Source of the DNA: Gammaproteobacteria bacterium
GTDB taxonomy: Bacteria > Pseudomonadota > Gammaproteobacteria > Enterobacterales > Aeromonadaceae
Direction: 5' to 3'
Assembly (NCBI GenBank): GCA_018222825.1
Contig: JAAEZO010000002.1
Span: forward strand, 7,472-71,471
DNA length: 64,000 nucleotides
The first letter of the stretch is position 1, and every line of letters starts with the position of its first letter. Under the pieces are notes generated by a model. The model ran no database searches, was not told where the DNA came from, and was given only the letters and a program-made list of their open reading frames with translations. Of the stretch, positions 29,943 to 39,683 are shown in pieces. Made by a program: the position numbers and the translations under genes.

Positions 29943-30923
29943 TCAGCTGAGTTTGAACATCTCGGCGTGTTTGTAGCCAATCAGCGTGTCCATCAGTTCA
30001 CTGTTCCGGCCCTCGGCCTTGGCCTGGCGTTCGGTTCCGAGCAGCTCCAGCACCTCGCCCACCCGATTTCCGAACAGGCTTTCCAGGTATTCGAGCGGTA
30101 TGCGCGACTCGTCCAGCGCCTTGCCGTCGGGTCCGTATTTGGGTGGCGACAGCGGCGGCACATAGAACACATTGGGCTGGGTGCCCCACTCGGCGTGCAG
30201 CGGCAATGCTACCTTGTACTTGTTGACCAGCAGATGGATGGGGCCCGCCTCGTCGTCGAGATAACCAATCCAGCGAATACGCCCTACACACTGCTGGGCA
30301 CAGGCGGTGGGCAGGCCTTTTTCGATACGCGGGTAGCAAAAAATGCACTTCTCGGACTTGGAAATCTGTTCGTTGAAGTAGATTTTCTTGTAGGGACAGG
30401 CGTTAACGCAGTAGCGATAACCCCGGCAACGCTCCTGATCCACCAGCACGATGCCGTCTTCCTGACGCTTGTAGATGGCGTTACGGGTGCAGGCCGCCAG
30501 GCAGCCCGGGTTGGAACAGTGGTTACACAGCCGCGGCAGGTAGAAGTAGTAGCTGTTGGGGTAATCGCCCAGACCCTCGTCTTCGTCCCAGTTGGCGCCC
30601 CAGGTGGGCTTGATGTTAGGGCGCAGCCAGGGGTCGGTGCCGGTCATCAGCGCTTCTTCGTAGTTGTATTCCCAGGGAATACCGTAGTCTTCCTGGCTGG
30701 GCTGGCGGCCCAGGCGCAGGGCGCCGTCGGCGTCGAAGCCGCCGCCCATGTTCTCGTAGTCCCGGGGGTAGCCCAGGCCGGGCTGGGTTTCCACGTTGTT
30801 CCAGTACATGAATTCGCGACCGTTGCGGTTGGTCCACATCAGCTTGCAGGCCGAAGTGCAGGTCTGGCAGCCGATACATTTGTTCAGATCCAGCACCATG
30901 CTGAGTTGTCGTTTGACAGCCAT
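29943..30923 (-). CDS. ddhB: Fe-S beta subunit (NarH/DdhB/SerB family), copy 1
   Basis: DLNKCIGCQTCTSACK, CNHCSNPGCLAAC, CRGYRYCVNACPY and CIFCYPR motifs. Confidence 0.85.
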   Translation of the reverse strand: MAVKRQLSMVLDLNKCIGCQTCTSACKLMWTNRNGREFMYWNNVETQPGLGYPRDYENMGGGFDADGALRLGRQPSQEDYGIPWEYNYEEALMTGTDPWLRPNIKPTWGANWDEDEGLGDYPNSYYFYLPRLCNHCSNPGCLAACTRNAIYKRQEDGIVLVDQERCRGYRYCVNACPYKKIYFNEQISKSEKCIFCYPRIEKGLPTACAQQCVGRIRWIGYLDDEAGPIHLLVNKYKVALPLHAEWGTQPNVFYVPPLSPPKYGPDGKALDESRIPLEYLESLFGNRVGEVLELLGTERQAKAEGRNSELMDTLIGYKHAEMFKLS

Positions 30924-30935
30924 GACGGTCTCCTC

Positions 30936-33707
30936 TTATACGGCCCGTGGGTCACTGATTTCATCCGCCGTGGCCAGCGCGATGTCGTAACTGCTTTCAT
31001 GGATGACCTGATTGGCGTTCCATTTGGCATAGATAAACTGGAGATGCCCCCAGCCACCCACCAGTTCCAGCGGCTGCAACAGGGTGGCATGGGAGTTGTT
31101 CATCGGCTTGCGATGGATGTACTGATGCGGCTCCCAGCCGTGTTCCATCATGATGGAATTGACCGGAATGCTGGGGTAGAACTTGGCCTGGGCGAAGAAG
31201 TCGCCGTTGGCGTTGAACAGCTTTACCCGATCGCCATCCTTGATGCCGCGCTGTTCGGCCAGCTTGGGGTTGATGTAGATATTGGGCTCGCCCCGCTGCA
31301 GCCGCAGCAGGTACTTGTTGCTGCGCCAGTTGGAGTGAATCCCCCAGCGGGCATGGGGCGAATAAAAGTGCAGTGGATAGTCGGACGCCTCCGGACCCGC
31401 ATAGAGCCGCGCCGTGGGCACCGTGGATTTGAGCTGCTCGAACCGGGGGTGATCACAGTAGAAGGTGATGCGCCCGGTCAGGGTTTCATAAGGTTTCTTG
31501 CCGTCGGTTTGCGCGGTAAAGGGATTATAGGGCTCGTCCGGCTTCAGCGGCTGGTTCAGGCCCGCCTGTTCGTTCATCACGATAAAGCCGCGTTCGCCCG
31601 CTTCTTCCAGGCTGACGCCACCAAACTCCGGCGAGTTGTCCACGATATAACGGCAGGCCTCCAGCGCGGTATTCAGCTTGCCGTTCATGGTGTAATCGTC
31701 GTGAATGGTGTGCAGATCCCGAGTGACATCACCGTCCTGAATGGGGCCGATACCACGGGCAATAGCCCGTTCCTGAATCTTTTGAGTGAGCAGCGCCATG
31801 ATGTCCCAGTCGGGTTTGGACTCGCCCACCGGGGGCACCGACTCGGTGAACACGTTGCAGAAACGGTGATAACCCTGTGTTCTCAAGTCCCAGGCTTCGT
31901 AGTGGCTGGCCGCCGGCAGCACATAGTCGGCCCACTCGGCGGTGGAGTCCATGCGCGTGTTGACGTTGACATACAACTCACTGGCCTGGCGCAGATGCTC
32001 GTCACGGTAATGCTCGGCCAGCTTGTTACGGCGAAAGGTGTTGTCGGCGATCGAGATCATGCCCTTTATTTCGCCGTAATAGGGCATCCAGCCCTTGTCG
32101 ATGGACTCCTGCATCATGGCTTCCATCTCGTCGATGTCAAAGCCGACCCGCTCCTTGAGCTTCTTGTTGTTGAAGTGCTTGCGAATGCCGCCCATCATGT
32201 CGCCCCGCAGCACCTCACCCAGGCCACCCGGCTCATAGCGGGCCGACTTTTTGCCATCAAAGGTGGCAAGCTCGGTCCAGCGCGGGTGGTTCCACACCAC
32301 CCAGGAGGTGTCGAGGCCACCGGTGCGCCCGCCGTGGCCGGTCAGCGCCAGCGCCAATGCATAGCCCCAGCCGATATAGAGACAGTTGGAGTAGCTGGAG
32401 GTGATGTAGCCCAGCATGATGATGGCTTTTTTGGCCTTGGCCAGATACCGGGCTTCCTGACGCACCACATCCGGGTGCAGGCCGGTTTGCTTTTGGGTCT
32501 TTTCCGGCGGGTATTTGGCCGCTTCCTTCTTCACCTGCTCAAACACGGTGGTGACGTCGATGCCGTTGACGTCAAACTCGCCCTCCAGGGCCGGGTCTAC
32601 CTCTCCCAGTTTCAGATCCTTGTCGTCACTGCCCATGGAGCCCTTGGCCTTGACCGCCTGATTGGTATTCAGATCCCAGTGGTAGAACACCTCTTCCGAG
32701 CCGCCCTCGACCAGATCGCTTTCGCGCAGCAGCTTGCCGTTGTCGGTGCGCACCAGCATCGGCAAATCGGTCTGCTCTTTCATGAACGCGGGCTGGTACA
32801 GTTTTTCCTCGATAATCACATTGACGAACGACATGGCCAAAAACGGATCCGAGCCCTGCTGAATCGGCATCCACAGGTCGGTATGAATGGAGCTGGGGTT
32901 GTAGTCCGGCGCGGTACTGGTGATGCGGGCACCGTTGTATTTGGCTTCCCAGATGTAATGGGCATCGGGAATACGGGTGGCGTTGGGGTTGATCATGCCG
33001 AGCATGATGTAGTCGGCATCAAACCAGGCATCGGAGGTGAAACTTTCCAGCGGATTGCCGTAGGCCAGGTGGGCACCGGTGTTCAAATCGCCCACCACGG
33101 TAAAACCGTCGAGCTGAATGCCGCCCACCAGGGAGGCAAAGCGGTTGGGGCCGGACTGGCGCACCATGGTCTGGTTACCCGACCCCTGGTGGGTCTTGAG
33201 CTTGCCGGGGCCGTATTTTTCGAAGATATCGATGATTTTGTCGGCGATCTCTTCGGTGGCCTGATCCCAGGAAATACGCTGCCATTTACCTTCGCCCCGC
33301 TCGCCGGCCCGTTTGAGCGGATGGCGCAGCCGGTCGGCTTCATACATGGAGGTGGAATGAACGGCCCCTTTCTGACAACCGCGGGGATTGGCGTCGGGCA
33401 CGTTGGGATTGACCTGGGGATATTTGGCAATCTGTTCTTCACGGATCACCAGGCCGTCTTTCACGTAGACGTTCCAGGCACAGTTACCCATGCAGTTGAT
33501 GCAGTGGGCGGCATGGCCGATATGATCCCAGTCCCACTCATTGCGATACAGATCTTCCCAGTTGCGGTAGGGGTATTCACTGGCGAGGGTGTCGGAGATC
33601 GGCTCCAGACGATTAAGCGCCCAGCTTTGGCTGCTGAATACGATACCGGCGCTGGTCAGGCCCAGCCCCTTGAGGAAGTCGCGACGCTTGAGTTTAGACA
33701 TGTGCAT
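30936..33707 (-). CDS. ddhA: Type II DMSO-reductase-family Mo-bisPGD catalytic subunit, DdhA-like, Tat-exported, copy 1
   Basis: KRRDFLK Tat signal ending SWA; FS0 motif HCINCMGNC...RGCQKG; candidate Asp ligand in VGDLNTG. Start ATG 33707 with GGAGGG RBS matches copy 2. The mature N-terminus LNRLEPI..EYPYR resembles Rhodovulum DdhA as recalled. Confidence 0.82.
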   Translation of the reverse strand: MHMSKLKRRDFLKGLGLTSAGIVFSSQSWALNRLEPISDTLASEYPYRNWEDLYRNEWDWDHIGHAAHCINCMGNCAWNVYVKDGLVIREEQIAKYPQVNPNVPDANPRGCQKGAVHSTSMYEADRLRHPLKRAGERGEGKWQRISWDQATEEIADKIIDIFEKYGPGKLKTHQGSGNQTMVRQSGPNRFASLVGGIQLDGFTVVGDLNTGAHLAYGNPLESFTSDAWFDADYIMLGMINPNATRIPDAHYIWEAKYNGARITSTAPDYNPSSIHTDLWMPIQQGSDPFLAMSFVNVIIEEKLYQPAFMKEQTDLPMLVRTDNGKLLRESDLVEGGSEEVFYHWDLNTNQAVKAKGSMGSDDKDLKLGEVDPALEGEFDVNGIDVTTVFEQVKKEAAKYPPEKTQKQTGLHPDVVRQEARYLAKAKKAIIMLGYITSSYSNCLYIGWGYALALALTGHGGRTGGLDTSWVVWNHPRWTELATFDGKKSARYEPGGLGEVLRGDMMGGIRKHFNNKKLKERVGFDIDEMEAMMQESIDKGWMPYYGEIKGMISIADNTFRRNKLAEHYRDEHLRQASELYVNVNTRMDSTAEWADYVLPAASHYEAWDLRTQGYHRFCNVFTESVPPVGESKPDWDIMALLTQKIQERAIARGIGPIQDGDVTRDLHTIHDDYTMNGKLNTALEACRYIVDNSPEFGGVSLEEAGERGFIVMNEQAGLNQPLKPDEPYNPFTAQTDGKKPYETLTGRITFYCDHPRFEQLKSTVPTARLYAGPEASDYPLHFYSPHARWGIHSNWRSNKYLLRLQRGEPNIYINPKLAEQRGIKDGDRVKLFNANGDFFAQAKFYPSIPVNSIMMEHGWEPHQYIHRKPMNNSHATLLQPLELVGGWGHLQFIYAKWNANQVIHESSYDIALATADEISDPRAV

Positions 33708-33852
33708 TTTTATGCCCTCCTGTGCGACCGCCTGTTCATCTGCTGCCAGCCTGTTCGAACGGTTCGCCTTGGGTTTTGCTCGAAAAATAAACACCACTAC
33801 TAAACATAGGCCATGCGGTCATCATGTTGAGGACCGTAAAGCGACTTTCTGC

Positions 33853-33866
33853 TTGATGCAGATCAA
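33853..33866. promoter_or_regulatory. FNR/ANR box, operon copy 1
   Basis: TTGAT-GCAG-ATCAA, a perfect consensus about 146 bp upstream of the start codon. Confidence 0.88.
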
Positions 33867-34081
33867 TCGAATCGCTGAAAACCGGCATCAAATAAATATC
33901 TAAAATACCGATTAAAATCGGACTTTATGCCAAATTTAAATCCATTTGGAGCCTTTACCTCTCATTCAGTTCATTGATCACGATGCGCAGCCAGCGCCTT
34001 TTATTCTCGAGTGCCGCCCGCCAAACGCCGGCATCCATCGCACAACCAGACCGCATCAGAGCCGTGCAAAAGCACACAATA

Positions 34082-34107
34082 AAAAACGGGCCTCAAGGGC
34101 CCGTTTT
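34082..34107 (-). terminator. Terminator of ddh-like operon copy 2
   Basis: AAAAACGGGCC-tcaag-GGCCCGTTTT. Confidence 0.8.
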
Positions 34108-34136
34108 CAGTTTGACTGCAAGATGGTAATGACCGT

Positions 34137-36002
34137 TTACTCCGGCTCAAAACGGCGCCGCAGAATACAGCCCTTGTCCCCCACCGCGTACACGGTGCCG
34201 TTCCGAGTGGCGCACACCGCCCGCAGGCCGGCTTCGGTGGGGGTGGTTTCCCGCAACCACTGGCCCTGCTCCAGCCTGAGCACTGTGCCCCGCCCGCCCA
34301 CGGCGAACACTTCGCCGGTGTCGTTGCCGGACACCGACAACAGATCCTGCTGCAGCCGGGTGGGCATGGTATGCCAGCGCTGGCCGTTGAAATGCACCAC
34401 GGTTCCCGACAGGCCCACGGCGTAGATGTCGTTCAGCCCCCGGCCCCAGACGCTGTAAATAAATTGCTCGGTGCCGGTACTGAACTCCTTCCATTGCTCG
34501 CCGTTGTAGCGCAGCGCCAGGCCGAAGTCGCCCACCGCCAGCAGGTGCCGACCATCCAGCCCCCAGAGATCATACAGTGCAGAGCCGGTGCCGCTGGCCA
34601 GCCGACGCCAGCCCAGGCCGTCGTAATGCAGCACCAGCCCTTCGTCGCCCACCGCATAAATACAGTCGGGCTCGGTGCCCCACATCGCCAGTATGGTGGT
34701 GTGCAGGTGCAGATCGAAGTGCAGTTGCCACTGCTCGCCGTTGAAGCGGTAAATGCGCCCTTCCTGACCGCCGGCCAGCAGGCCGCTGCCTTCACAGCTC
34801 CACAAACAGTGCACCGCCAGTTGCTCGTCGGGGGCCGGCAGCGCCACCCACTGCTCGCCGTCCAGCCGCAGCACGGTGCCAACATCGCCGCAGGCATACA
34901 TTTGGCCATCGTGGGCCTGCCACAGTCCCCACAGCTGACGCCGGGTGGGGCTGGCCATGGTTTCCCACCGGCTTTGTGCCGCCACTTCCCGGTGAGGAAT
35001 GACCAGCGCCTTTTCAAAGTCGGGGGCGGCGGTCATCAGGGTGCCGAAATCGCCCACCACCAGCGCCTCGTCGGAGCCGAGGGTGACGATGTCCATCAGA
35101 TCGTGATGGGTGTTGCAGGCCAGCCGGTGCACCTTGTTGTTGTGCAGATACAGCAGGTGCCCCTTGTCGCCCACCAGCAGCACACCGTCCTTGTAGGCGC
35201 GCAGGGCACGCAACCGGGGCAGCCCCGCCTCGTGGGCCTGGTTGTGAAACTCGCCGTGGCGGTAATGCACCAGCTCGCCGCGAAAGCCGCCCTGATCCAC
35301 AAAGTAGCGCCCGCCCGCCAGCAGCAGTTCGTCGTCGTTCAGCACCAGCAGGGCATGAAAGCCGGTGCTTAAGGGGCAGTCCATCGGTTGCCATTCCCCC
35401 TTCAGATCCCGGCACAACAGGGTGCCCTCGCCGCCGGCGGCATAGACCCGGCCGCCGGGCGCACAGGCCACCGCCCGCAGATTGATGCGGGTGCCCGAGG
35501 CCTCGGACTGCCAGCCCTCGCCGTCAAAGTGCAGAATGCGCCCCTCGTCGCCCACCGCCCAGGCATGGCCGGCGGCGTTGCCGTCGATGGCAAACAGCGG
35601 GGTGTTTTCCTCGCAGGAGGCGAAGCGACCGGTGTCATCGTTGACCACGCCCCCCTGCACCTGCCGCCACTGTTCGCCGTCGTAATGCAGAATGCAGCCC
35701 ATCCAGCCCACCGCGTGCAGGCTGTCGGCCTGCTTGCCCCAGATACCGTGCAGGGGCAGCGGCACCGGGCTGGCCTGCTCGTGCCAGCCCGGCTGGTCGG
35801 CGTTGAAGTGCAGAATACGGCCCTCGTCGCCCACCACGAACACTTCGCCCGCTCCGGCCCAGCCGGACCAGAGCACATCGCCATCGCCGGCATGGGCTTC
35901 CAGCACCGGGTGCCAGGGAGTGCCCACCGGCGTGGCGGCTTCTACCCGGCTGGCCAGCTGGCGAAAGAAATGCCGGCGGGAAGGATTTTGTGCTGAGCTC
36001 AT
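34137..36002 (-). CDS. Uncharacterised 14-repeat beta-propeller protein, copy 2
   Basis: Collinear paralog of 25345-27216; N-terminal SRRHFF. Confidence 0.8.
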   Translation of the reverse strand: MSSAQNPSRRHFFRQLASRVEAATPVGTPWHPVLEAHAGDGDVLWSGWAGAGEVFVVGDEGRILHFNADQPGWHEQASPVPLPLHGIWGKQADSLHAVGWMGCILHYDGEQWRQVQGGVVNDDTGRFASCEENTPLFAIDGNAAGHAWAVGDEGRILHFDGEGWQSEASGTRINLRAVACAPGGRVYAAGGEGTLLCRDLKGEWQPMDCPLSTGFHALLVLNDDELLLAGGRYFVDQGGFRGELVHYRHGEFHNQAHEAGLPRLRALRAYKDGVLLVGDKGHLLYLHNNKVHRLACNTHHDLMDIVTLGSDEALVVGDFGTLMTAAPDFEKALVIPHREVAAQSRWETMASPTRRQLWGLWQAHDGQMYACGDVGTVLRLDGEQWVALPAPDEQLAVHCLWSCEGSGLLAGGQEGRIYRFNGEQWQLHFDLHLHTTILAMWGTEPDCIYAVGDEGLVLHYDGLGWRRLASGTGSALYDLWGLDGRHLLAVGDFGLALRYNGEQWKEFSTGTEQFIYSVWGRGLNDIYAVGLSGTVVHFNGQRWHTMPTRLQQDLLSVSGNDTGEVFAVGGRGTVLRLEQGQWLRETTPTEAGLRAVCATRNGTVYAVGDKGCILRRRFEPE

Positions 36003-36024
36003 GGCGCTCTCCTCGTAACAGTCA

Positions 36025-37140
36025 TTAGCGGTCGTCGTTGCGATCAGGGTTCAGCCGGGCACGCTCGCCGGCAAGCAGTTCCTCAAGGTCGCGCCGGGCC
36101 TGGGCCCGCTCTTCCTCGGGCAGCTCGTTGAGCATGGCTTCCAGCTCGTCGGTATCGGCTTCCATCACCGACTGCAGCTCCTCGGTGGCGGCCTGCACAC
36201 CGGCCTGCCGGGCATGTTCAATACAGGCCTCCACGGCGGGCGCAAAGGCTTTCGCCTCGAGGCTGTCGGGCTGGTCCATGGTGAGCGGGGCACCCGAGTC
36301 GGAGGCCATGGCCAGCAGCGGCGACAGCGGAATGCTGGCCACCGAGTTCACGCCCAGCTCTGCCAGCGCCTCGGCCAGGTGGGCCCGGGGGAACAGCTGA
36401 AACTCGCCGCCGCAATGGGGGCAGGTCACCCCGGCCATGTTTTCCACCACCCCGATCAGCGGCAGGCCCCGTTCCTGGCAGAAGCGAATGGCCTTGAGGC
36501 TGTCCATCAGCGCCACCTGCTGGGGGGTGGTGGCAATCACCGCCGCCACCGCCTGCTGCTCCAGCAGATCGCTCAGGGTGATCAGCTCGTTGCCGGTGCC
36601 CGGCGGCATGTCGACCACCAGAAAATCCAGCGGCCCCCAGTCAAAGCTGCCGATCAGGTGATGCATAAAGTCGTGCTTGTAGGCATCGCGCCAGACGATG
36701 GGGGTGTCATCCCGCTCCATCATGAAGGCGAGCGAGCCCACCTTTACCGGATGCGGCAGCCGATCGCCGAAGCTCTCAAGGGTATCGAGGCCGCGCTCGC
36801 TCACCCGCACCCGCCGGCCTACCTGATTGAAAAAGCGACTCTGGTTGGGGCCGTGAATATCCGCATCGGCCACCCCCACTCGAAAGCCGCGCGCGGCCAG
36901 GCCGGCGGCCAGGTTGGCCGAGACGGTACTTTTGCCCACTCCACCCTTGTTGGCCATCACCAGAATGATCTGGCCAATTTGAGCGAGGCGCTGCTCCAGC
37001 AGCCGCTTCTCGTGATGGGGCTTGTCCAGGGTGCACTCCGGCTCCCTGGGGCAAAACTGGCAGGCATGGCCCAGGCCACAGTCGGCGGGCCGCATGGCCA
37101 GCCCGTCGTCCCGGCCGATGTTGTGTTGGTGTACCGTCAT
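36025..37140 (-). CDS. Mrp/ApbC/Nbp35-family Fe-S carrier ATPase, copy 2
   Basis: Same motifs as copy 1, including the N-terminal CGLGHACQFCPREPEC. Confidence 0.9.
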   Translation of the reverse strand: MTVHQHNIGRDDGLAMRPADCGLGHACQFCPREPECTLDKPHHEKRLLEQRLAQIGQIILVMANKGGVGKSTVSANLAAGLAARGFRVGVADADIHGPNQSRFFNQVGRRVRVSERGLDTLESFGDRLPHPVKVGSLAFMMERDDTPIVWRDAYKHDFMHHLIGSFDWGPLDFLVVDMPPGTGNELITLSDLLEQQAVAAVIATTPQQVALMDSLKAIRFCQERGLPLIGVVENMAGVTCPHCGGEFQLFPRAHLAEALAELGVNSVASIPLSPLLAMASDSGAPLTMDQPDSLEAKAFAPAVEACIEHARQAGVQAATEELQSVMEADTDELEAMLNELPEEERAQARRDLEELLAGERARLNPDRNDDR

Positions 37141-37162
37141 GATGAACTCCTCCCCTTGCGTA

Positions 37163-37945
37163 TCAGTAGCTGTTGTCCAGCAGGATCCAGTTGGGCGTCA
37201 CCCGCTTGTCGCCGTCGCGCTGGTTATGGCTGCCTTCCCAGACCGCAAACACCATGGGGATCTGCTTGCGTTCCAGATCGACCTGGTGCTCGCCCTTGAC
37301 CTTCAACGGCCGGGACATCACCACGTGCCATTCGCTGTCTTGCTGAATTTCTTCAGCCACCCAGGCACTGGCCCCGTCGATGGCCTGCTCCGGCAACCGC
37401 GTGGTGCTGCCGTAACCGCCGGCAGCCAGATTCTCAATCTGCTCCTGGTCGGCACGCCAGTACCAGATGTTGACCGGCTTGTCCGGGCCCGAGCCCATCA
37501 TGTAGGAAGTATCCGTGCCCTCGAGGGCAAACTGCACCGCCACGCCGTCACGAAAATCATCCACCGTGGTGGATCTGTTTTCGGTGGCATCCTTCCAGCG
37601 CAGGCGCAGATAAAAACGCTCGGCCGAGCGGGCCACCTGAAAATACATGTGCTTGGCCTCAAAGGCGGTGTCCGCCTCGAAGCGCAGCCTGACCGACTGA
37701 TGCACCGGCGGTGCCGCATACAGGCCAACGCGATACATGGGCAGCCGGTCCCAGATCAGATCGTCCGGGTCGTTCTGGCTGCGCAAATAGATGGTGCCGG
37801 GAATGCGTCCCACCTTGACGGCGTCCCCAGGCTTCACCTCAATCACATTGGGGTTCATCTCGCTGTGGTCGGCCAGGGCGGCACCGGCCGTGGTCATGGC
37901 CAGCCCCAGCAGCATGGCCCGGTAAATGGACGTGATCGCTTTCAT
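37163..37945 (-). CDS. ddhC: Heme b gamma subunit (DdhC-like), copy 2
   Basis: Start moved to ATG 37945 (MKAITSIYR, GAGGA RBS) to match copy 1; YMMGS and RDGDKRV motifs. Confidence 0.8.
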   Translation of the reverse strand: MKAITSIYRAMLLGLAMTTAGAALADHSEMNPNVIEVKPGDAVKVGRIPGTIYLRSQNDPDDLIWDRLPMYRVGLYAAPPVHQSVRLRFEADTAFEAKHMYFQVARSAERFYLRLRWKDATENRSTTVDDFRDGVAVQFALEGTDTSYMMGSGPDKPVNIWYWRADQEQIENLAAGGYGSTTRLPEQAIDGASAWVAEEIQQDSEWHVVMSRPLKVKGEHQVDLERKQIPMVFAVWEGSHNQRDGDKRVTPNWILLDNSY

Positions 37946-37958
37946 GATATGTTCCTCA

Positions 37959-38678
37959 TTAATCCCACATGCTTTCGGCGTCGCCGGTCGCGGCACGCTG
38001 GCCCGACTGCGGACAGGGGCCAACCTGATGTTCCAGTATCTCCCGTTGCCGGTCGGCCCAGTCGGGCAGCCGCTGCACCAGGCAGGCCAGGTTGGCGTCC
38101 AGGCCCTGATCGGCTTCCCGGTTAAAACGCTCACGCAGGCTGCTGGCCATCGGCACCAGATAGCGGGTCAGAAAGTCCCGCAACGCCCGCCGGGGGGAAG
38201 CGGCGTCCCGCCCGCTTTCAAACGCCTGCTGCTCCAGATGGCACAACAGGGCGCAGAACTCGAGCATGGTGACCAGGTGATCCGGCTCGTCGATATGGCC
38301 TTCGTCTTCGGTGGCGGCCTTGAGGCCGAAATGCCGGTAAAAGGCCTGCACGTTGAGCAGATAATGGCCCGGCGTGTCGCCGGCCAGCAGCTGTTCGTAG
38401 GCGCTGGCCACCAGCGGTACCTGGGGCCGGCCGCGCCGACCCTGTACAAAGGTGGCCATGTAGCCCACTTCCAGCGCCTTCAGGTCATTGCTTGCCGGCA
38501 GGGCCGGCCAGGCGGCCTCGCCCAGCACCGCCATGGCCTGGCTCAGCACCTGTGCCATGCGGCCCTCATGCAGGGCCTGCCAGGTTTCGGCCAGCGGGTA
38601 GTCGAGCATGGCGGCGGCCAGCCGGAACACGGTGCCCCGGGCCAGTACCTGTTCGGTGGTCACGGATTGGGTATGCAT
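37959..38678 (-). CDS. ddhD: TorD/DmsD-family chaperone (DdhD-like), copy 2
   Basis: DEPDHLVTMLEF motif. Confidence 0.8.
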   Translation of the reverse strand: MHTQSVTTEQVLARGTVFRLAAAMLDYPLAETWQALHEGRMAQVLSQAMAVLGEAAWPALPASNDLKALEVGYMATFVQGRRGRPQVPLVASAYEQLLAGDTPGHYLLNVQAFYRHFGLKAATEDEGHIDEPDHLVTMLEFCALLCHLEQQAFESGRDAASPRRALRDFLTRYLVPMASSLRERFNREADQGLDANLACLVQRLPDWADRQREILEHQVGPCPQSGQRAATGDAESMWD

Positions 38679-38690
38679 CGGTAACCTCTC

Positions 38691-39671
38691 TCAGCTCAGC
38701 TTGAACATGTCGGCATGCTTGTAGCCGATCAGCAGATCCATCAAGGCGCTCTCGCGGCCTTCGGCCTTGGCCTGGCGCTCGGTCTTGATCGTTTCCAGCA
38801 CCTCGCCCACCCGGGGGCCGAACAGGCTTTCCAGGTACTCCAGCGGAATGCGCGGCTCTTCCAGGGTGCGGCCGTCGGAGCCGTATTTGGGCGACGACAG
38901 CGGCGGCACGTAGAACACATTGGGCTCGGTGCCCCACTCGGCGTGCAGCGGCAGCGCCACCTTGAATTGCTCCACCAGCTTGTGAATGGGACCGTCCTTG
39001 TCGTCCCGGTAGCCGACCCAGCGAATGCGACCCACGCACTGGCGGGCACAGGCGTTGGCCAGGCCTTTTTCGATGCGCGGATAACAAAAGATGCACTTCT
39101 CCGATTTGGAGATCTGTTCGTTGAAGTAGATTTTCTTGTAGGGACAGGCATTCACGCAGTAGCGATAGCCCCGGCAACGTTCCTGATCCACCAGCACGAT
39201 GCCGTCTTCCTGCCGCTTGTAGATGGCGTTGCGGGTACAGGCCGCCAGGCAGCCCGGGTTGGCGCAGTGGTTGCACAGCCTGGGCAGGTAGAAGTAGTAG
39301 CTGTTGGGGTAGTCCCCCTCGCCCCGGTCTTCGTCCCAGTTGGCGCCCCAGGTGGGTTTGACGTTGGGGCGCAGCCAGGGATCGGTGCCGGTCATCAGCG
39401 CTTCTTCATAGTTGTATTCCCAGGGAATACCGTAATCCTCCTGGCTGGGCTGGCGGCCCAGACGCAGGGCGCCGTCTTTATCGAAGCCGCCGCCCATGTT
39501 CTGGTAATCGCGGGGGTAGCCCAGCCCGGGCTGGGACTCCACGTTGTTCCAGTACATGAATTCACGACCGTTGCGGTTGGTCCACATCAGCTTGCAGGCC
39601 GAGGTACAGGTCTGGCAGCCGATGCATTTGTTCAGGTCCAGCACCATGCTGAGTTGGCGTTTGACAGCCAT
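38691..39671 (-). CDS. ddhB: Fe-S beta subunit (DdhB-like), copy 2
   Basis: 326 aa with the same Cys clusters as copy 1. Confidence 0.85.
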   Translation of the reverse strand: MAVKRQLSMVLDLNKCIGCQTCTSACKLMWTNRNGREFMYWNNVESQPGLGYPRDYQNMGGGFDKDGALRLGRQPSQEDYGIPWEYNYEEALMTGTDPWLRPNVKPTWGANWDEDRGEGDYPNSYYFYLPRLCNHCANPGCLAACTRNAIYKRQEDGIVLVDQERCRGYRYCVNACPYKKIYFNEQISKSEKCIFCYPRIEKGLANACARQCVGRIRWVGYRDDKDGPIHKLVEQFKVALPLHAEWGTEPNVFYVPPLSSPKYGSDGRTLEEPRIPLEYLESLFGPRVGEVLETIKTERQAKAEGRESALMDLLIGYKHADMFKLS

Positions 39672-39683
39672 GGCAATCTCCTC

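Noticed and set aside
29967-33803. 1278-aa plus-strand ORF, and the similar 881-aa ORF at 38715-41360
   Set aside because: Antisense shadow of the alpha and beta genes, expected from GC-biased codon usage; no motifs, and its extent is not conserved between the two copies.
25345-36002. Periodic DNA similarity resembling a repeat array or CRISPR
   Set aside because: Explained by protein propeller repeats; no identical repeats with unique spacers and no cas genes.
37946-38134. Longer N-terminus of the copy 2 gamma subunit; likewise the extension of copy 1 alpha to 33797
   Set aside because: Paralog alignment, RBS and signal peptides support the shorter starts.
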